64,000 nt of DNA from Clostridia bacterium. GTDB lineage: Bacteria; Bacillota; SHA-98; UBA4971. Within the stretch, counting starts at the first letter, position 1. Every line of letters begins with the position of its first letter. This document shows, one piece after another, positions 46,214 through 56,902 of the stretch. The notes under the pieces are model-generated. The model made no database searches, was not told the origin of the DNA, and was given only the letters and a program-made list of their open reading frames with translations. A program made the position numbers and the translations under genes. The stretch spans positions 13,722 through 77,721 of the forward strand of contig JBLNDA010000051.1 in assembly GCA_050261175.1 (NCBI GenBank), read 5' to 3'.

Positions 46214-47272
46214 ATGGGTGCTACTGGCGGCGGCATGGCACGGTTCGTAAAGAGACTTTTGAGTAAGGGTCAGGGGGTGGCTGACGAGGCGTCGAAACAG
46301 CCTTCGGATGGAGGCGCGCACGATGGGGATGCCCCGCAGACTTGTACGGAGGAGCCGAAAGGCATGATCGCCCGGCTCAGAGAGCGTCTCGCCCGCACCA
46401 GGGGAGGTCTCGTGGAGAGGGTAGAAGCGCTCCTCGGAAGAAAGGCCGCGCTCGACGAGGAGTTCTTCGAGGAGCTCGAGGCCATTCTCCTTCAGGCCGA
46501 CGTCGGGGTGAAAGCCACAGCCCGGCTCCTTGGCGGCCTGCGGGCGAGGATGGCCGGCGGGAGGCCGGGAGCCGGCACAAACGACCTCATGGAGCACTTG
46601 AAAGCGGAGGTCCTCGAGACGCTCGGGCCGCGCGAGCCGCTCGTGAAAGCCCCGTCAGGAACGACAGTCATCATGGTGGTCGGAGTGAACGGCACTGGGA
46701 AGACCACGACCGTGGGCAAGTTAGGTTACAGGCTCCGCAGGGACGGGTCGAGAGTGATCCTGGGCGCGTCGGACACTTTCAGGGCTGCCGCCATCGAGCA
46801 GCTGGGGATATGGGGTGAGAGGGCGGGAGCGGACGTCATCCGCCATGAAGAGGGAGGAGATCCCGGCGCCGTGGCGTACGATGCCTGTCAGGCGGCGAAG
46901 GCCCGCCGGGCGGACTACGTCATCCTCGACACCGCCGGGAGGCTGCACACGCGCGTCAACCTGATGGAGGAGCTCAGGAAAGTGCGGAGGGTCGTGGAGA
47001 GGGAGATACCCGGGGCCCCACACGAGGTGCTCCTTGTGCTTGACGCCACGTCCGGGCAGAACGCCATCGCCCAGGCCAGGACGTTCAAAGATGCGGTCGA
47101 GGTCACAGGGATCGCCCTCACCAAGCTGGACGGGACGGCCAAAGGTGGTGTGGTGCTGGCGATCCGGGAGGAACTCGACATCCCTGTCAAGCTCGTCGGC
47201 ATCGGCGAGGGACCGGACGACCTGCGCGACTTCGATCCCGAAGAGTTCACGGAAGCCCTCTTCACCAGGTGA
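46214..47272 (+). CDS. ftsY: signal recognition particle receptor FtsY
   Basis: NG domain with GVNGTGKTTT, DTAGR, TKLDGTAKGG. Confidence 0.9.
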   Translation: MGATGGGMARFVKRLLSKGQGVADEASKQPSDGGAHDGDAPQTCTEEPKGMIARLRERLARTRGGLVERVEALLGRKAALDEEFFEELEAILLQADVGVKATARLLGGLRARMAGGRPGAGTNDLMEHLKAEVLETLGPREPLVKAPSGTTVIMVVGVNGTGKTTTVGKLGYRLRRDGSRVILGASDTFRAAAIEQLGIWGERAGADVIRHEEGGDPGAVAYDACQAAKARRADYVILDTAGRLHTRVNLMEELRKVRRVVEREIPGAPHEVLLVLDATSGQNAIAQARTFKDAVEVTGIALTKLDGTAKGGVVLAIREELDIPVKLVGIGEGPDDLRDFDPEEFTEALFTR

Positions 47273-47459
47273 GGGTGAGCCGGGTTCGGACCGGCAGGAC
47301 TTATGCTGTTCTCTGACAGGTGGGGCTGCGGGAGTAGCATTTCCTCCCACTCACAGACAGCCTCGCAAAGGCGCGGGGCAGAGTCGGGCGCGGAGGCGGG
47401 TGCCTGCGCGCCCCTGGCGGAGGATCGCCCCGAACCGCCTCGGCGTGCCCGGCTCCGAA

Positions 47460-47488
47460 TTGACTCCGCGAATGGCGCAGTGTATACT
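47460..47488 (+). promoter_or_regulatory. promoter TTGACT-N17-TATACT upstream of ffh
   Basis: Exact spacing, 32 nt upstream of the GTG start, which has a GAGAGGAGGTGGGG RBS. Confidence 0.6.
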
Positions 47489-47519
47489 ACTTGCGTGAGT
47501 CGAGAGGAGGTGGGGTCTC

Positions 47520-48866
47520 GTGTTCGAAAACCTGACGGCGCGGCTGCAAGAGACGTTCCGCAGGCTGCGCGGCAAGGGCAAGCTCAGCGAGCGCGATGTG
47601 GACGAGGCCCTGCGCGAAGTGCGCATAGCCCTTCTCGAGGCCGACGTGAACTTCAAAGTCGTGCGCGACTTCATAGCAAGGGTTCGCGAGCGGGCGTGCG
47701 GGCAAGAGGTGATGGCTAGCCTCAGCCCTGGCCAGCAGGTCATCAAAATAGTCAACTCCGAGCTCACCGAGCTGATGGGGGGGCAGGAGATCAGGATTCA
47801 GTACAGCCCGAAGCCGCCCACCGTGATAATGCTCGTGGGCCTGCAGGGATCTGGCAAGACCACGACCGCGGCCAAGCTCGCACATTTACTCAAGCGACAA
47901 GGCAAACACCCTCTCCTGGTTGCGTCCGACACGAGACGCCCGGCCGCCATCCGCCAGCTGCAGGTGCTTGGAGAGAAGGTCGGGGTGGACGTGGTCGCGA
48001 CGCGTGAAGGAGATGACGCGGTCCGTGTCGCGAAGCAGGGAGTGGACCGCGCTGAAGCCGTAGGCCGCGACGTGGTGATTGTCGACACCGCCGGGCGGCT
48101 ACACGTCGACGATGAGCTCATGGACGAACTCGCCCGGATGAAGGCCCAGGTGAACCCGGCAGAGGTGCTGCTGGTGGTTGACGCAATGACAGGTCAGGAC
48201 GCTGTGAACGTCGCGGGCACGTTCAATGAGCGGCTGGGTCTCTCTGGAATCATCCTGACGAAACTGGATGGCGACGCGCGCGGCGGCGCAGCCCTATCAG
48301 CCCGCGCCGTCACAGGGAAGCCCATCAAATTCGTGGGCGTCGGCGAGAAGATGGAATCCCTGGAGCCGTTCCACCCTGACAGGATGGCATCGCGCATCCT
48401 GGGCATGGGCGATGTCCTCAGCCTCATCGAGAAGGCAGAAGCGGCGTATGACGAGACACAAGCCCGCAAGCTCGGCGAGAAGATCAGGAGCAACGAGTTC
48501 ACCCTCGAAGACTTCGCGGACCAGCTGCGGCAGATGAGGAAGATCGGGCCTCTTGACGAGATACTATCGATGATACCCGGGCTCGGACGGATTCGAGGGG
48601 CCTCGGAACTCAAGGTTGACGAGGCGCAGCTCAACCGGGTCGAGGCGATAGTCAACTCGATGACGCTGGAAGAGCGGAGGAACCCAGCGATCATCGACGG
48701 CAGCCGCCGCAAGAGGATCGCGCGGGGGAGCGGAACGCGCATCCAGGATGTAAACAGCGTGCTACGGCAGTTCGAGCAGGTGAGGGAGATGCTTCGGCAA
48801 TTCGGGGGCGCCGAGAAAGCTGCCCGTCGCGCTATGCGAAAAGGCGCATTCCCGTTTGTCAAATAG
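47520..48866 (+). CDS. ffh: signal recognition particle protein Ffh
   Basis: MFENLTARLQETFRRLRGKG, GLQGSGKTTT, DTAGR, TKLDGDARGGAALS, and a Met-rich M domain. Confidence 0.95.
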   Translation: MFENLTARLQETFRRLRGKGKLSERDVDEALREVRIALLEADVNFKVVRDFIARVRERACGQEVMASLSPGQQVIKIVNSELTELMGGQEIRIQYSPKPPTVIMLVGLQGSGKTTTAAKLAHLLKRQGKHPLLVASDTRRPAAIRQLQVLGEKVGVDVVATREGDDAVRVAKQGVDRAEAVGRDVVIVDTAGRLHVDDELMDELARMKAQVNPAEVLLVVDAMTGQDAVNVAGTFNERLGLSGIILTKLDGDARGGAALSARAVTGKPIKFVGVGEKMESLEPFHPDRMASRILGMGDVLSLIEKAEAAYDETQARKLGEKIRSNEFTLEDFADQLRQMRKIGPLDEILSMIPGLGRIRGASELKVDEAQLNRVEAIVNSMTLEERRNPAIIDGSRRKRIARGSGTRIQDVNSVLRQFEQVREMLRQFGGAEKAARRAMRKGAFPFVK

Positions 48867-48903
48867 GCTACTCCGGGAGGCCGGAGGACGGGAGGTGACA
48901 CAC

Positions 48904-49185
48904 TTGGCGGTAAGGATAAGGCTTGCTAGGACCGGGGCAAAGAAACAGGCTTCTTACAGGATCGTCGTTGCCGACACCCGGTATCCGAGGGATGGGCGGT
49001 TCATCGAGATCCTTGGGCACTACAACCCCCGGACGAACCCAGAGACGCTCGAGGTCGACCGGGAAAAGGCCGGTGAGTGGCTGAAGAGGGGCGCCCTGCC
49101 GACGGATTCGGTGAAGGCGTTGCTCGCGAGAGCGGGCGTTCCCGGAGCCGGGCAACCGGCGGCCAGTGAGGGGAAGGCCATATGA
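48904..49185 (+). CDS. rpsP: 30S ribosomal protein S16
   Basis: (M)AVRIRLARTGAKKQASYRIVVADTRYPRDGRFIEILGHYNP. TTG start by homology; an in-frame GTG at 48895 is the alternative. Confidence 0.9.
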   Translation: MAVRIRLARTGAKKQASYRIVVADTRYPRDGRFIEILGHYNPRTNPETLEVDREKAGEWLKRGALPTDSVKALLARAGVPGAGQPAASEGKAI

Positions 49186-49412
49186 AGGGGCTTGTCGAGT
49201 TCATCGCGAGAAGCCTGGTGGACAACCCGGAGGCAGTGAGGGTGGAAGACGTCCAGAGCGCGAACGAGTACACCGTGTACGAGGTGTCCTGCGATCCGGA
49301 AGAGAAGGGTAAGCTCATCGGAAGGTCCGGTAGGACAGCCAAAGCCTTGAGGACGATCGTGAGGTCCGTGGGAGCACGGCAGGGGAAGAGGGTCACGGTG
49401 GAAATCGTGTGA
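49182..49412 (+). CDS. KH-domain RNA-binding protein (YlqC family)
   Basis: 76 aa with the GKLIGRSGRTAKALRTIV KH motif, in the conserved rpsP-ylqC-rimM order. Confidence 0.85.
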   Translation: MKGLVEFIARSLVDNPEAVRVEDVQSANEYTVYEVSCDPEEKGKLIGRSGRTAKALRTIVRSVGARQGKRVTVEIV

Positions 49413-49422
49413 CCCGGGTTTC

Positions 49423-49983
49423 GTGCCCATGCATTCGTCAGGAGACTTGTCGGCCGAGATGACCAGCGAGTTCATTGCTGTTGGCGAGGTGACCGCCCCT
49501 CAAGGTATTCGCGGGGAGGTCAGGGCACTGCCGCTCACCGATTTCCCCGGGCGGTTCAAGCCGCCCCTCCGCCTCCGGGTCCGCAAGGGCGAGAGCGCTG
49601 CGACCCTTGACGTCGAGCATGCCCGGCAGCACCGCGGCTTCGTGGTCATAAAGTTCGCAGGGGTGGACTCTGTGGACGATGCGGAGAAGCTGCGCGGCGC
49701 CATTCTCGAGGTTCCGAGGTCCGAGGTGGTGCCGCTCGAGCCGGGGCGGTACTATTTCTATGAGATAGAAGGGCTCGATGTGGTCACTACGGAAGGTCGC
49801 CGTCTCGGGAGGGTGGCGCGCGTCGTACGCGGCGTGGCCAATGACATCTACGAAGTGGAGGTCAGGACCCCCCGGGCTCGCCGGGGCAAGACCATCCTGG
49901 TGCCGGCTGTGCGGGAGATCGTAAAGAAGATAGATCTCGAGCGCGGCGAGATGACCATCGAGCTCATTCCAGGCCTGGAGTAG
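49423..49983 (+). CDS. rimM: 16S rRNA processing protein RimM
   Basis: [28 protein letters not shown] and a PRC-barrel C-terminus. The start may be ATG 49459. Confidence 0.85.
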   Translation: MPMHSSGDLSAEMTSEFIAVGEVTAPQGIRGEVRALPLTDFPGRFKPPLRLRVRKGESAATLDVEHARQHRGFVVIKFAGVDSVDDAEKLRGAILEVPRSEVVPLEPGRYYFYEIEGLDVVTTEGRRLGRVARVVRGVANDIYEVEVRTPRARRGKTILVPAVREIVKKIDLERGEMTIELIPGLE

Positions 49984-49993
49984 GTGGCTGGCA

Positions 49994-50776
49994 TTGAGGA
50001 TCGACGTGCTCACCCTTTTCCCGGGAATGTTCTCCGGGCCGCTGTCCGAGAGCATTGTCGCGCGCGCGAGGGAGCGCGGGCTCGTGGAGGTTCACATCCA
50101 CGACATACGGGAGTTCACCCAGGACAAGCATAAGGTCGCGGACGACTACCCGTTCGGCGGCGGGGCAGGTATGGTCATGAAGCCGGAGCCCATCTTTGCC
50201 GCTGTGGAACACGTCACGGGCGGCGTGGCGGGGCCGGGTAGGGTCATCCTGATGAGCCCCCAGGGGACCGTGTTCACTCAGCAGGTGGCGATGCGGCTCG
50301 CCCAGGAGGGCCACCTGGTGTTCATCTGCGGGCACTACGAGGGCGTGGACGAACGGGTGAGACAGGCCCTGGTTGACGAGGAGATTTCGATCGGAGACTA
50401 CGTCTTGACCGGGGGCGAGCTCCCTGCAATGGTCGTCATAGACGCGCTCACGAGGCTCGTGCCCGGGGTGCTCGATGAGGAGTCGGTGGCGGCCGAGTCG
50501 TTCACCAGCGGGCTGCTGGATTATCCTCAGTACACCAGACCGCGGGAGTTCAGAGGCATGACAGTCCCGGACGTCCTCGTCTCGGGCGATCATGAGAAGG
50601 TGAGGGTTTGGCGGCGAAAGCAGGCGCTGGCGAGGACCCTCGAAAGGCGCCCGGATCTGCTTTGCAGGGCAAACCTGACGCCGGAGGATCTCCGTCTTCT
50701 CCAAGAGATGGAGCGTGACAAGGCCGGCGAACCGCGGAGGGCCGGTGTTGAACCGAGCTGCGGCGGTGTGGTATAA
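49994..50776 (+). CDS. trmD: tRNA (guanine37-N1)-methyltransferase
   Basis: [54 protein letters not shown]. Confidence 0.92.
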   Translation: MRIDVLTLFPGMFSGPLSESIVARARERGLVEVHIHDIREFTQDKHKVADDYPFGGGAGMVMKPEPIFAAVEHVTGGVAGPGRVILMSPQGTVFTQQVAMRLAQEGHLVFICGHYEGVDERVRQALVDEEISIGDYVLTGGELPAMVVIDALTRLVPGVLDEESVAAESFTSGLLDYPQYTRPREFRGMTVPDVLVSGDHEKVRVWRRKQALARTLERRPDLLCRANLTPEDLRLLQEMERDKAGEPRRAGVEPSCGGVV

Positions 50777-50845
50777 TCACATTCGTTGAACGAACACAGG
50801 CTGCAGACACCCGACGCGTCCAGCCTGGAGGGAGGCTCCCTGACA

Positions 50846-51193
50846 ATGAACATCATAGACATCCTGGAGCGCGATCAGATGCGCGAAGACATACCGCAGT
50901 TCAAACCCGGCGACACCGTGAGGGTGCACGTAAAGGTCGTCGAGGGCGGCAGAGAGAGGATCCAGGTCTTCGAAGGCGTGGTCATCGCTCGCAAGGGCGC
51001 CGGGATCCGCGAGACTTTCACCGTGCGCAAGGTGTCGGCGGGCATAGGGGTCGAGCGGACTTTCCCGCTGCACTCGCCGCGGATTGGCAAGATCGAGATC
51101 GTGCGCGAAGGCAAAGTGAGGCGCGCCAAGCTTTACTACCTGAGACAGCGTGTCGGTAAGGCCGCGAGGGTGAAAGAGGCGGACAGAACGTGA
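50846..51193 (+). CDS. rplS: 50S ribosomal protein L19
   Basis: [68 protein letters not shown]. Confidence 0.92.
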   Translation: MNIIDILERDQMREDIPQFKPGDTVRVHVKVVEGGRERIQVFEGVVIARKGAGIRETFTVRKVSAGIGVERTFPLHSPRIGKIEIVREGKVRRAKLYYLRQRVGKAARVKEADRT

Positions 51194-52098
51194 CCTTTGG
51201 AATGGGTGATCCGCAAGAGACCGAAGCGGCCAGCTCTCCGACGATTCCCGCAGGAGAACCCGGGGGAAGCAAGCAGGATCAGGACGTACCCGTGGATGGT
51301 GCGCAGTCCCAGGCCGCGTGCTCCCGAGAAGACAACGACCAAGCCGTTGAGGCCGCGGGCGAGGCTTCGCCAGCTGAGGCGGGGTCTTTCGCCCCACGCG
51401 GCGACGGCGAAGGCGCTGAGGGACCCGGATGCCCGGGGGAAGTCGACTGTGGCGCGGGCGTGCCCGAAGCCGGCGCGTGGGCCGGGGCGAGTCCGGGCGC
51501 AGCACCTCCCGGGCCGGCGGCTCCCGTGTCACGACCCGTCATCTCACCAGCGCTGAGGGCCGAGATCCTCGAGTACGTCCAGGCGTTCGCCATAGCGATC
51601 GTCCTCGCGGCGTTCATCATCACCTTCATCGCCCAGTCGTTCGTAGTGGAGGGTTCCAGCATGGAACCGAACCTCCACAATCGCGAGAGGCTCCTCGTGA
51701 ACAAACTCGTGTACCGGTTCAGGGAACCACAAAGGGGCGACGTCGTGGTGTTCAGGTACCCTGCCAATCCTAAGCGGAAGTTCATCAAACGCGTCATCGG
51801 AGTGGCGGGCGATATCGTCGAGGTGCGGGACGGGCACGTCATTCTGAACGGAGAGGTTCTCGAGGAAGACTACACCATGGACCTCACCTTCGGCACCTTC
51901 GGCCCGGAGGTCGTGCCTGCCGGGCACTACTTCGTCCTTGGGGACAATCGCAACAACAGCGATGATTCGCGGTTTCCAGACGTGGGCTTCGTCCCGAGGC
52001 GCAACATCGTGGGTAAGGCCTTCGTAGCGTGGTGGCCGCCGGGGGAGATCGGGCTCGTACGGACACCGAAGCTGGGAGCTGGAGCTGTCCTGAAATGA
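51190..52098 (+). CDS. lepB: signal peptidase I with long low-complexity N-terminal extension
   Basis: Catalytic region [30 protein letters not shown]. ~130 acidic/Pro/Ala-rich residues precede the TM helix. GTGA overlap with the rplS stop. The start is uncertain. Confidence 0.8.
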   Translation: MTFGMGDPQETEAASSPTIPAGEPGGSKQDQDVPVDGAQSQAACSREDNDQAVEAAGEASPAEAGSFAPRGDGEGAEGPGCPGEVDCGAGVPEAGAWAGASPGAAPPGPAAPVSRPVISPALRAEILEYVQAFAIAIVLAAFIITFIAQSFVVEGSSMEPNLHNRERLLVNKLVYRFREPQRGDVVVFRYPANPKRKFIKRVIGVAGDIVEVRDGHVILNGEVLEEDYTMDLTFGTFGPEVVPAGHYFVLGDNRNNSDDSRFPDVGFVPRRNIVGKAFVAWWPPGEIGLVRTPKLGAGAVLK

Positions 52099-52961
52099 CG
52101 CTCTCGTGGTTTCCCGGCCACATGGCCAAGGCCAGGCAAGCTATCAAGCGAAACCTGGCAGGGATAGACGTGGTGATAGAAGTCCTGGACGCGCGGATCC
52201 CCCGCACCAGCCGGAACCCAGAGGTTGAGTGGATCGTCGGGGACAGGGCCAGAGTGGTCGTTCTCGCCAAGGAGGATCTGGCGGACCCGGTCGAGACCGG
52301 TAAGTGGCTCGCTGCGTTGCGCTCGCGCGAGCCGTTTTGCTATGCCGTCAACGCTGAGACCGGGGAGGGCGTTGAAGCTGTGGTGGCGGCGTGTTCCTCT
52401 GTGGCCGGCCAGGTAATGCTGAGGCTGACCTCGAAAGGGCGCAGAATGCGCGCCGTCAGGGCGATGGTCATCGGCATTCCCAACGTGGGCAAGTCGTCGC
52501 TGGTGAACAGGATAGCCGGCCGCAAGTCCGCCAGGACGGGCGCGAGGCCTGGCATCACCCGGGGCAAGCAGTGGATAGCCGTAGGCAGGGGCATAGAGCT
52601 GCTGGATACCCCGGGGGTTCTCTGGCCACGGGCGGACGACCCGGGCGCCATGTTTAGGCTGGCGGCGACAGGGGCAGTCAGCGATGAGAGTTTCGACCCC
52701 GCGGACGTCGCCGAACGGCTTCTGGAAGTGCTCAAGAAGGTAGCGCCCGATGCCCTCGCGTCGCGTCTCAAAGTGGAAGGCGCACCATCGATGGGCGGGC
52801 GGGAGTTGCTCGAGATGGCGGGCAGGAAGCGTGGCTGCCTCGGGCCGGGCGGGGTCGTTGACATCGCCCGTGCCGGGGCTGTCGTGCTGTCTGACTTCCG
52901 GAAGGGGCTTTTCGGAAGGGTGACGCTTGACCCCGCGCCTGGGTACGGTGATTCCACGTGA
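52095..52961 (+). CDS. rbgA: ribosome biogenesis GTPase A (YlqF)
   Basis: WFPGHMAKA N-terminus and circularly permuted GTPase motifs (DARIP, GIPNVGKSSLVN, DTPG). Confidence 0.9.
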   Translation: MTLSWFPGHMAKARQAIKRNLAGIDVVIEVLDARIPRTSRNPEVEWIVGDRARVVVLAKEDLADPVETGKWLAALRSREPFCYAVNAETGEGVEAVVAACSSVAGQVMLRLTSKGRRMRAVRAMVIGIPNVGKSSLVNRIAGRKSARTGARPGITRGKQWIAVGRGIELLDTPGVLWPRADDPGAMFRLAATGAVSDESFDPADVAERLLEVLKKVAPDALASRLKVEGAPSMGGRELLEMAGRKRGCLGPGGVVDIARAGAVVLSDFRKGLFGRVTLDPAPGYGDST

Positions 52962-53623
52962 CTGGCGTTTCCGCAGTGTCGCCGCATTCCGGCGAGGGCC
53001 TCCTGGCCTTCGAGCGACGTCTGTGGAGCCGGGGTTATGTTGCGGTAGCCGGGATAGACGAGGCCGGCCGTGGCGCGCTCCTCGCGTCGGTCGTTGCCGC
53101 GGCGGTCGTCCTCCGGCCCGGGACTTCCATCGACGGAGTGCGCGATTCCAAGACCCTTTCGCCGAAGAAGCGGGAGGAGCTCTACGATGTCATCATGGAG
53201 AGAGCCGTCGCGGTGGGAACCGGTGTGGTGGGCGCGGAGACGGTCGACCGCATCAACATAAAGCAAGCAGCCAGGCTCGCGATGAAGAGGGCGGTGGACA
53301 ACCTAGGCATCGTCCCCGATTACCTTCTGGTCGACGCTGAGGTGGTGGGCGCGCCCATCCCTCAAAGCGCAATCGTCCACGGGGACGCGCTCTCCCAGAC
53401 CATCGCCGCCGCGTCCATAATCGCAAAGGTCACGAGGGACAGGATGTGCGAAGAGTGGGACGCGGAGTATCCGCAGTATCACATCCGGTCCCACAAAGGG
53501 TATTGCACGCGTGAGCACGTTGCCGCCATACTTGAGCATGGGCCGTGTCCCCTGCACAGAAAGACGTTCCTCAGGAACATCCTTCAGCATCAATCCAGCT
53601 TTGCCCCGGATCTGGGGCTGTGA
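52958..53623 (+). CDS. rnhB: ribonuclease HII
   Basis: VAGIDEAGRGALLASVVAAAVVL, DSKTLS, and GDALSQTIAAASIIAKVTRD. Confidence 0.9.
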   Translation: MTGVSAVSPHSGEGLLAFERRLWSRGYVAVAGIDEAGRGALLASVVAAAVVLRPGTSIDGVRDSKTLSPKKREELYDVIMERAVAVGTGVVGAETVDRINIKQAARLAMKRAVDNLGIVPDYLLVDAEVVGAPIPQSAIVHGDALSQTIAAASIIAKVTRDRMCEEWDAEYPQYHIRSHKGYCTREHVAAILEHGPCPLHRKTFLRNILQHQSSFAPDLGL

Positions 53624-53718
53624 CACGATTTTCCATTCCGTTCCGAATGCATGGCAGGAAACTCCATTTGCGTCGAGAAAGTACTCTGCTGGGAAGTCAT
53701 GGCAGAGGAGTGTGCCGT

Positions 53719-54090
53719 GTGGGCGCAATTCGCGAGAGCCTGGGCGCCCTGGGCGAAGACCTCGCGGCAAAGTACCTTGAATCGATCGGCTTCGTCGTGC
53801 TGGAACGCAACTTCCGCCGGAGGACGGGAGAGATCGACGTTGTGGCGCGCGACGGGGACACAGTGGTGTTTGTGGAGGTCAAGACGAGGAGGCCCGGCCG
53901 GTTCGGCGCGGCCGTCGAGCAGATCACCGCGAGCAAGCGCAGACGCTTGATGAAGACGGCCCTCGCCTACATGGCGGACCGCGGGATGGCCGGAGCCGAG
54001 TGCAGGTTCGACGTGGTCGCGGTCGACGTCCCGCGCGTCGGGCCCCCGGCCGTCTCCCTCATAAAAGGCGCTTTCGAGTGCTGGAGGTGA
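53719..54090 (+). CDS. YraN-family (UPF0102) endonuclease-like protein
   Basis: GEDLAAKYLESIGFVVLERNFRRRTGEIDVVARDGDTVVFVEVKTRR. GTG after a GAGGAG RBS. Confidence 0.8.
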   Translation: MGAIRESLGALGEDLAAKYLESIGFVVLERNFRRRTGEIDVVARDGDTVVFVEVKTRRPGRFGAAVEQITASKRRRLMKTALAYMADRGMAGAECRFDVVAVDVPRVGPPAVSLIKGAFECWR

Positions 54091-54095
54091 GGCGC

Positions 54096-55628
54096 GTGCT
54101 GGCGAAAGTGCCGAGCGGGGCGGTTCTGGGCGTGGACGGGTACCCGGTGCACGTGGAGATCGACGTATCGCCCGGCCTTCCATCGTTCGAAGTGGTCGGG
54201 CTGCCCGACGCCGCCACCCGGGAGTCCCGGGAGCGGGTGAGGGCAGCCCTCAGGAACTCCGGCTTCGAGTTCCCCCTTCGCAGAATCACTGTCAACCTCG
54301 CGCCGGCCATGGTCCGAAAAGAGGGAGCCTGTTTCGACCTGGCCATGGCCGTGGGCATTCTGACTGCGACCGGGGAGGTCCCAGCGCCCGCTGCGGAAAG
54401 CCACGTGCTTGTAGGGGAGCTTTCCCTGGACGGGCAGGTACGCGGGACGTCCGGCGTCCTCCCCATCGCCCTCGCCGCGAAGGCTGCGGGCTTTGCGAAG
54501 ATGGTGGTCGCGCGGGAGAACGCGGGGGAGGCGGCGCTCGTGGACGGCCTCGATGTCTACGGGGTGGGCACGCTTTCGGAGGCGGTCGGCCACCTCTCCG
54601 GCGCGCTGCGCGTCGGCAGGACCCCCGCGACTAGGCGCTGCACCCCGGCTGAGGTCAAAGCGGGGCGAATCCCCGACTTCGCTGACGTCTTGGGACAGGA
54701 TCACGCGAGGCGCGCTCTCGAAGTGGCCGCGGCCGGCGGGCACAACGTGCTGATGGTGGGCCCTCCTGGTGCGGGCAAGACCATGCTCGCGAGGCGGCTG
54801 CCTTCCATCCTGCCGGCGTTGTCGTGGGATGAGGCCCTTGAGGTGACGAGGGTCTACAGCGCGGCCGGCCGCCTTCCGGCGGGCGCGAGCATAGTATCGG
54901 AGCGGCCGTTCAGGGACCCCCATCACAGCATAACGCTGGCGGGCCTCATCGGCGGAGGCCGGGTGCCGAAGCCAGGGGAGGTCTCCTTGGCTCACCGAGG
55001 AGTGCTCTTCCTGGACGAAATGCCGGAGTTCTCCGGGCATGCCCTCGAGGCGCTCAGACAGCCCCTCGAAGACGGTTCTGTTACAGTGTCGAGGGCTGGC
55101 GGGGTCGCGACTTTCCCTGCGCGGTTTATCCTAGTCGGAGCCATGAATCCGTGCCCGTGCGGGCGCGGTCTCGAGTCGGCCAAGTGCACCTGCACCCCGG
55201 CGATGGTGAAGAGGTACCTCGCTGGGCTGTCCGGGCCGCTGCTCGACAGGATAGACATCCACCTGCACGTGGGAAGGGTGGACCTGGAAGAGGTCGAGAG
55301 AGGGCGAACGCCGGAGACCTCCGAGGAGATCCGGGGGAGAGTGACGAGGGCGAGGCGCGCTCAGGAAGAGAGGTTCGAAGGGCTCCCAGTCCTCACCAAT
55401 GCAGAGATGAGACCGGCGGAGATCCGGGAGTACTGTCGTATGTCGAAAGACGCAAGGATTCTGTTGTACACCGCCAGCGCCAGGTTGGGTCTCTCCGCGC
55501 GCGCACACGCCAGGGTGCTCAAGGTGGCCAGGACCATTGCAGATCTCGAGGGAAGCGACGTGTTGGAGGAGGGCCACGTGGGCGAAGCTGTGAGCTACAG
55601 GGCCTTCGCCGTCCACGAACGAACCTGA
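54096..55628 (+). CDS. YifB/ComM-family Mg-chelatase-like AAA+ ATPase
   Basis: Lon-like N-domain, Walker A GPPGAGKTMLA, Walker B VLFLDEMPEF, and a Cys-rich insertion CPCG..C.C. Confidence 0.88.
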   Translation: MLAKVPSGAVLGVDGYPVHVEIDVSPGLPSFEVVGLPDAATRESRERVRAALRNSGFEFPLRRITVNLAPAMVRKEGACFDLAMAVGILTATGEVPAPAAESHVLVGELSLDGQVRGTSGVLPIALAAKAAGFAKMVVARENAGEAALVDGLDVYGVGTLSEAVGHLSGALRVGRTPATRRCTPAEVKAGRIPDFADVLGQDHARRALEVAAAGGHNVLMVGPPGAGKTMLARRLPSILPALSWDEALEVTRVYSAAGRLPAGASIVSERPFRDPHHSITLAGLIGGGRVPKPGEVSLAHRGVLFLDEMPEFSGHALEALRQPLEDGSVTVSRAGGVATFPARFILVGAMNPCPCGRGLESAKCTCTPAMVKRYLAGLSGPLLDRIDIHLHVGRVDLEEVERGRTPETSEEIRGRVTRARRAQEERFEGLPVLTNAEMRPAEIREYCRMSKDARILLYTASARLGLSARAHARVLKVARTIADLEGSDVLEEGHVGEAVSYRAFAVHERT

Positions 55629-55800
55629 TTGCGGGATGGGTGTCGAGAGCCGGCCGCCGACGTGGCGCGGCGGCTTTCGGCGATCGCGGCCCGCTTGGGG
55701 CGCCGTCCCCGTGGGAGACTCCAGCAACACGCCGACTACTGGCACAGAGACGAAGACCTACTCATCCTCACGCAGGACGCGGTGGTGGATCGGGGGACAC

Positions 55801-56889
55801 ATGGACGACAGAGAGTCTGTGATCGCTCTCAACCTGGTGGACACGATCGGCGGGGCGAGGTTGGCGAGGCTCATCGAGAGATTCGGTTCGGCGCGGGACG
55901 CTCTCCTGGCGAGCGAAGCTGCGCTTCGCAGCGTCGAAGGCATCGGCCCCGTGACCGCTCAGAAGATAGCGGCCGTCCGGGACGGGAGGCTCCTTCGGGA
56001 GGAGCTTCGCGCCGCGGCCAAGCTCGGGGTGAGTATAGTGACTTCTTCAGACCCCGGGTATCCTGAGCGTTTGCACACCATCGACCATCCTCCTCCTGTG
56101 CTCTATATCAAGGGAACGGTCCTACCTTCCGACGGGTTCTCTCTGGCCATCGTGGGGTCGCGACGCGGCAGTCGCTACGGCCGGCGAGCAGCCCGCCTCC
56201 TCGCGGCGGAAGCTGCCGTGGCCGGCCTCACGGTGGTGTCGGGGATGGCGAGGGGCATCGACTCGGAGGCCCATCGTGCCGCTCTGGAGCACGGCGGGCG
56301 AACCATCGCAGTCCTCGGGTGCGGGGTCGACGTGGTGTACCCGCCGGAGAACGCAAAACTCGCCCAAGAGATTGCAGGAAATGGGGCGCTTGTGAGCGAA
56401 CGCTCTCTTGGCACTCGTCCTCTCGGGCGGAACTTCCCCGCGCGCAACAGGATCATCAGCGGGCTCGCCCTGGGTGTTGTGGTGGTGGAAGCGGGGGAGA
56501 CGAGCGGCTCGCTCATCACGGCGGGGTTCGCCGCTGACCAGGGGCGCGAGGTCTTCGCGGTTCCGGGGGACATCGAAAGCCCCCTTTCGCGGGGAACCCA
56601 CCGCCTCATCAAGGAAGGTGCGAGGCTGGTGGAGGGTATCGTGGACGTCCTGGATGAGCTGGGGATCGAGGCGTCTTGCGTGGAGCGTCGCGGCCCGAAG
56701 GAAGCCGGGCCGAGTCTGTCGGCCCGAGAGAAAAGAGTTCTCGGGGCGCTGGGATTCTCACCAGCGTCCGCAGATGATATAGTAAACGAGACGGGGCTGG
56801 CCCCGCGAGACGTCGCCGTCGCTCTCGGGTCCCTCGAGCTTCGGGGCCTTGTCGAGCGCTCCCTCGACGGTTACGCGCGACGCTCGTAA
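55801..56889 (+). CDS. dprA: DNA processing protein DprA (Smf)
   Basis: Rossmann-like core VVSGMARGIDSEAHRAAL, plus GNGALVSE and FPARNRIISGL. Confidence 0.88.
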   Translation: MDDRESVIALNLVDTIGGARLARLIERFGSARDALLASEAALRSVEGIGPVTAQKIAAVRDGRLLREELRAAAKLGVSIVTSSDPGYPERLHTIDHPPPVLYIKGTVLPSDGFSLAIVGSRRGSRYGRRAARLLAAEAAVAGLTVVSGMARGIDSEAHRAALEHGGRTIAVLGCGVDVVYPPENAKLAQEIAGNGALVSERSLGTRPLGRNFPARNRIISGLALGVVVVEAGETSGSLITAGFAADQGREVFAVPGDIESPLSRGTHRLIKEGARLVEGIVDVLDELGIEASCVERRGPKEAGPSLSAREKRVLGALGFSPASADDIVNETGLAPRDVAVALGSLELRGLVERSLDGYARRS

Positions 56890-56902
56890 AGAAGGTGGTT
56901 GA

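Noticed and set aside
47303-47719. 138-aa ORF in the position where ylxM lies between ftsY and ffh in Bacillus
   Set aside because: The product is Arg/Ala-rich, lacks the YlxM HTH, overlaps the ffh promoter and 200 nt of ffh, and the gap (247 bp) is too small for ylxM. ylxM appears to be absent here.
50777-50845. Possible L19 leader RNA between trmD and rplS
   Set aside because: It is only 69 nt with a marginal 4-bp hairpin. I cannot match it to the L19 leader consensus without a covariance-model search.
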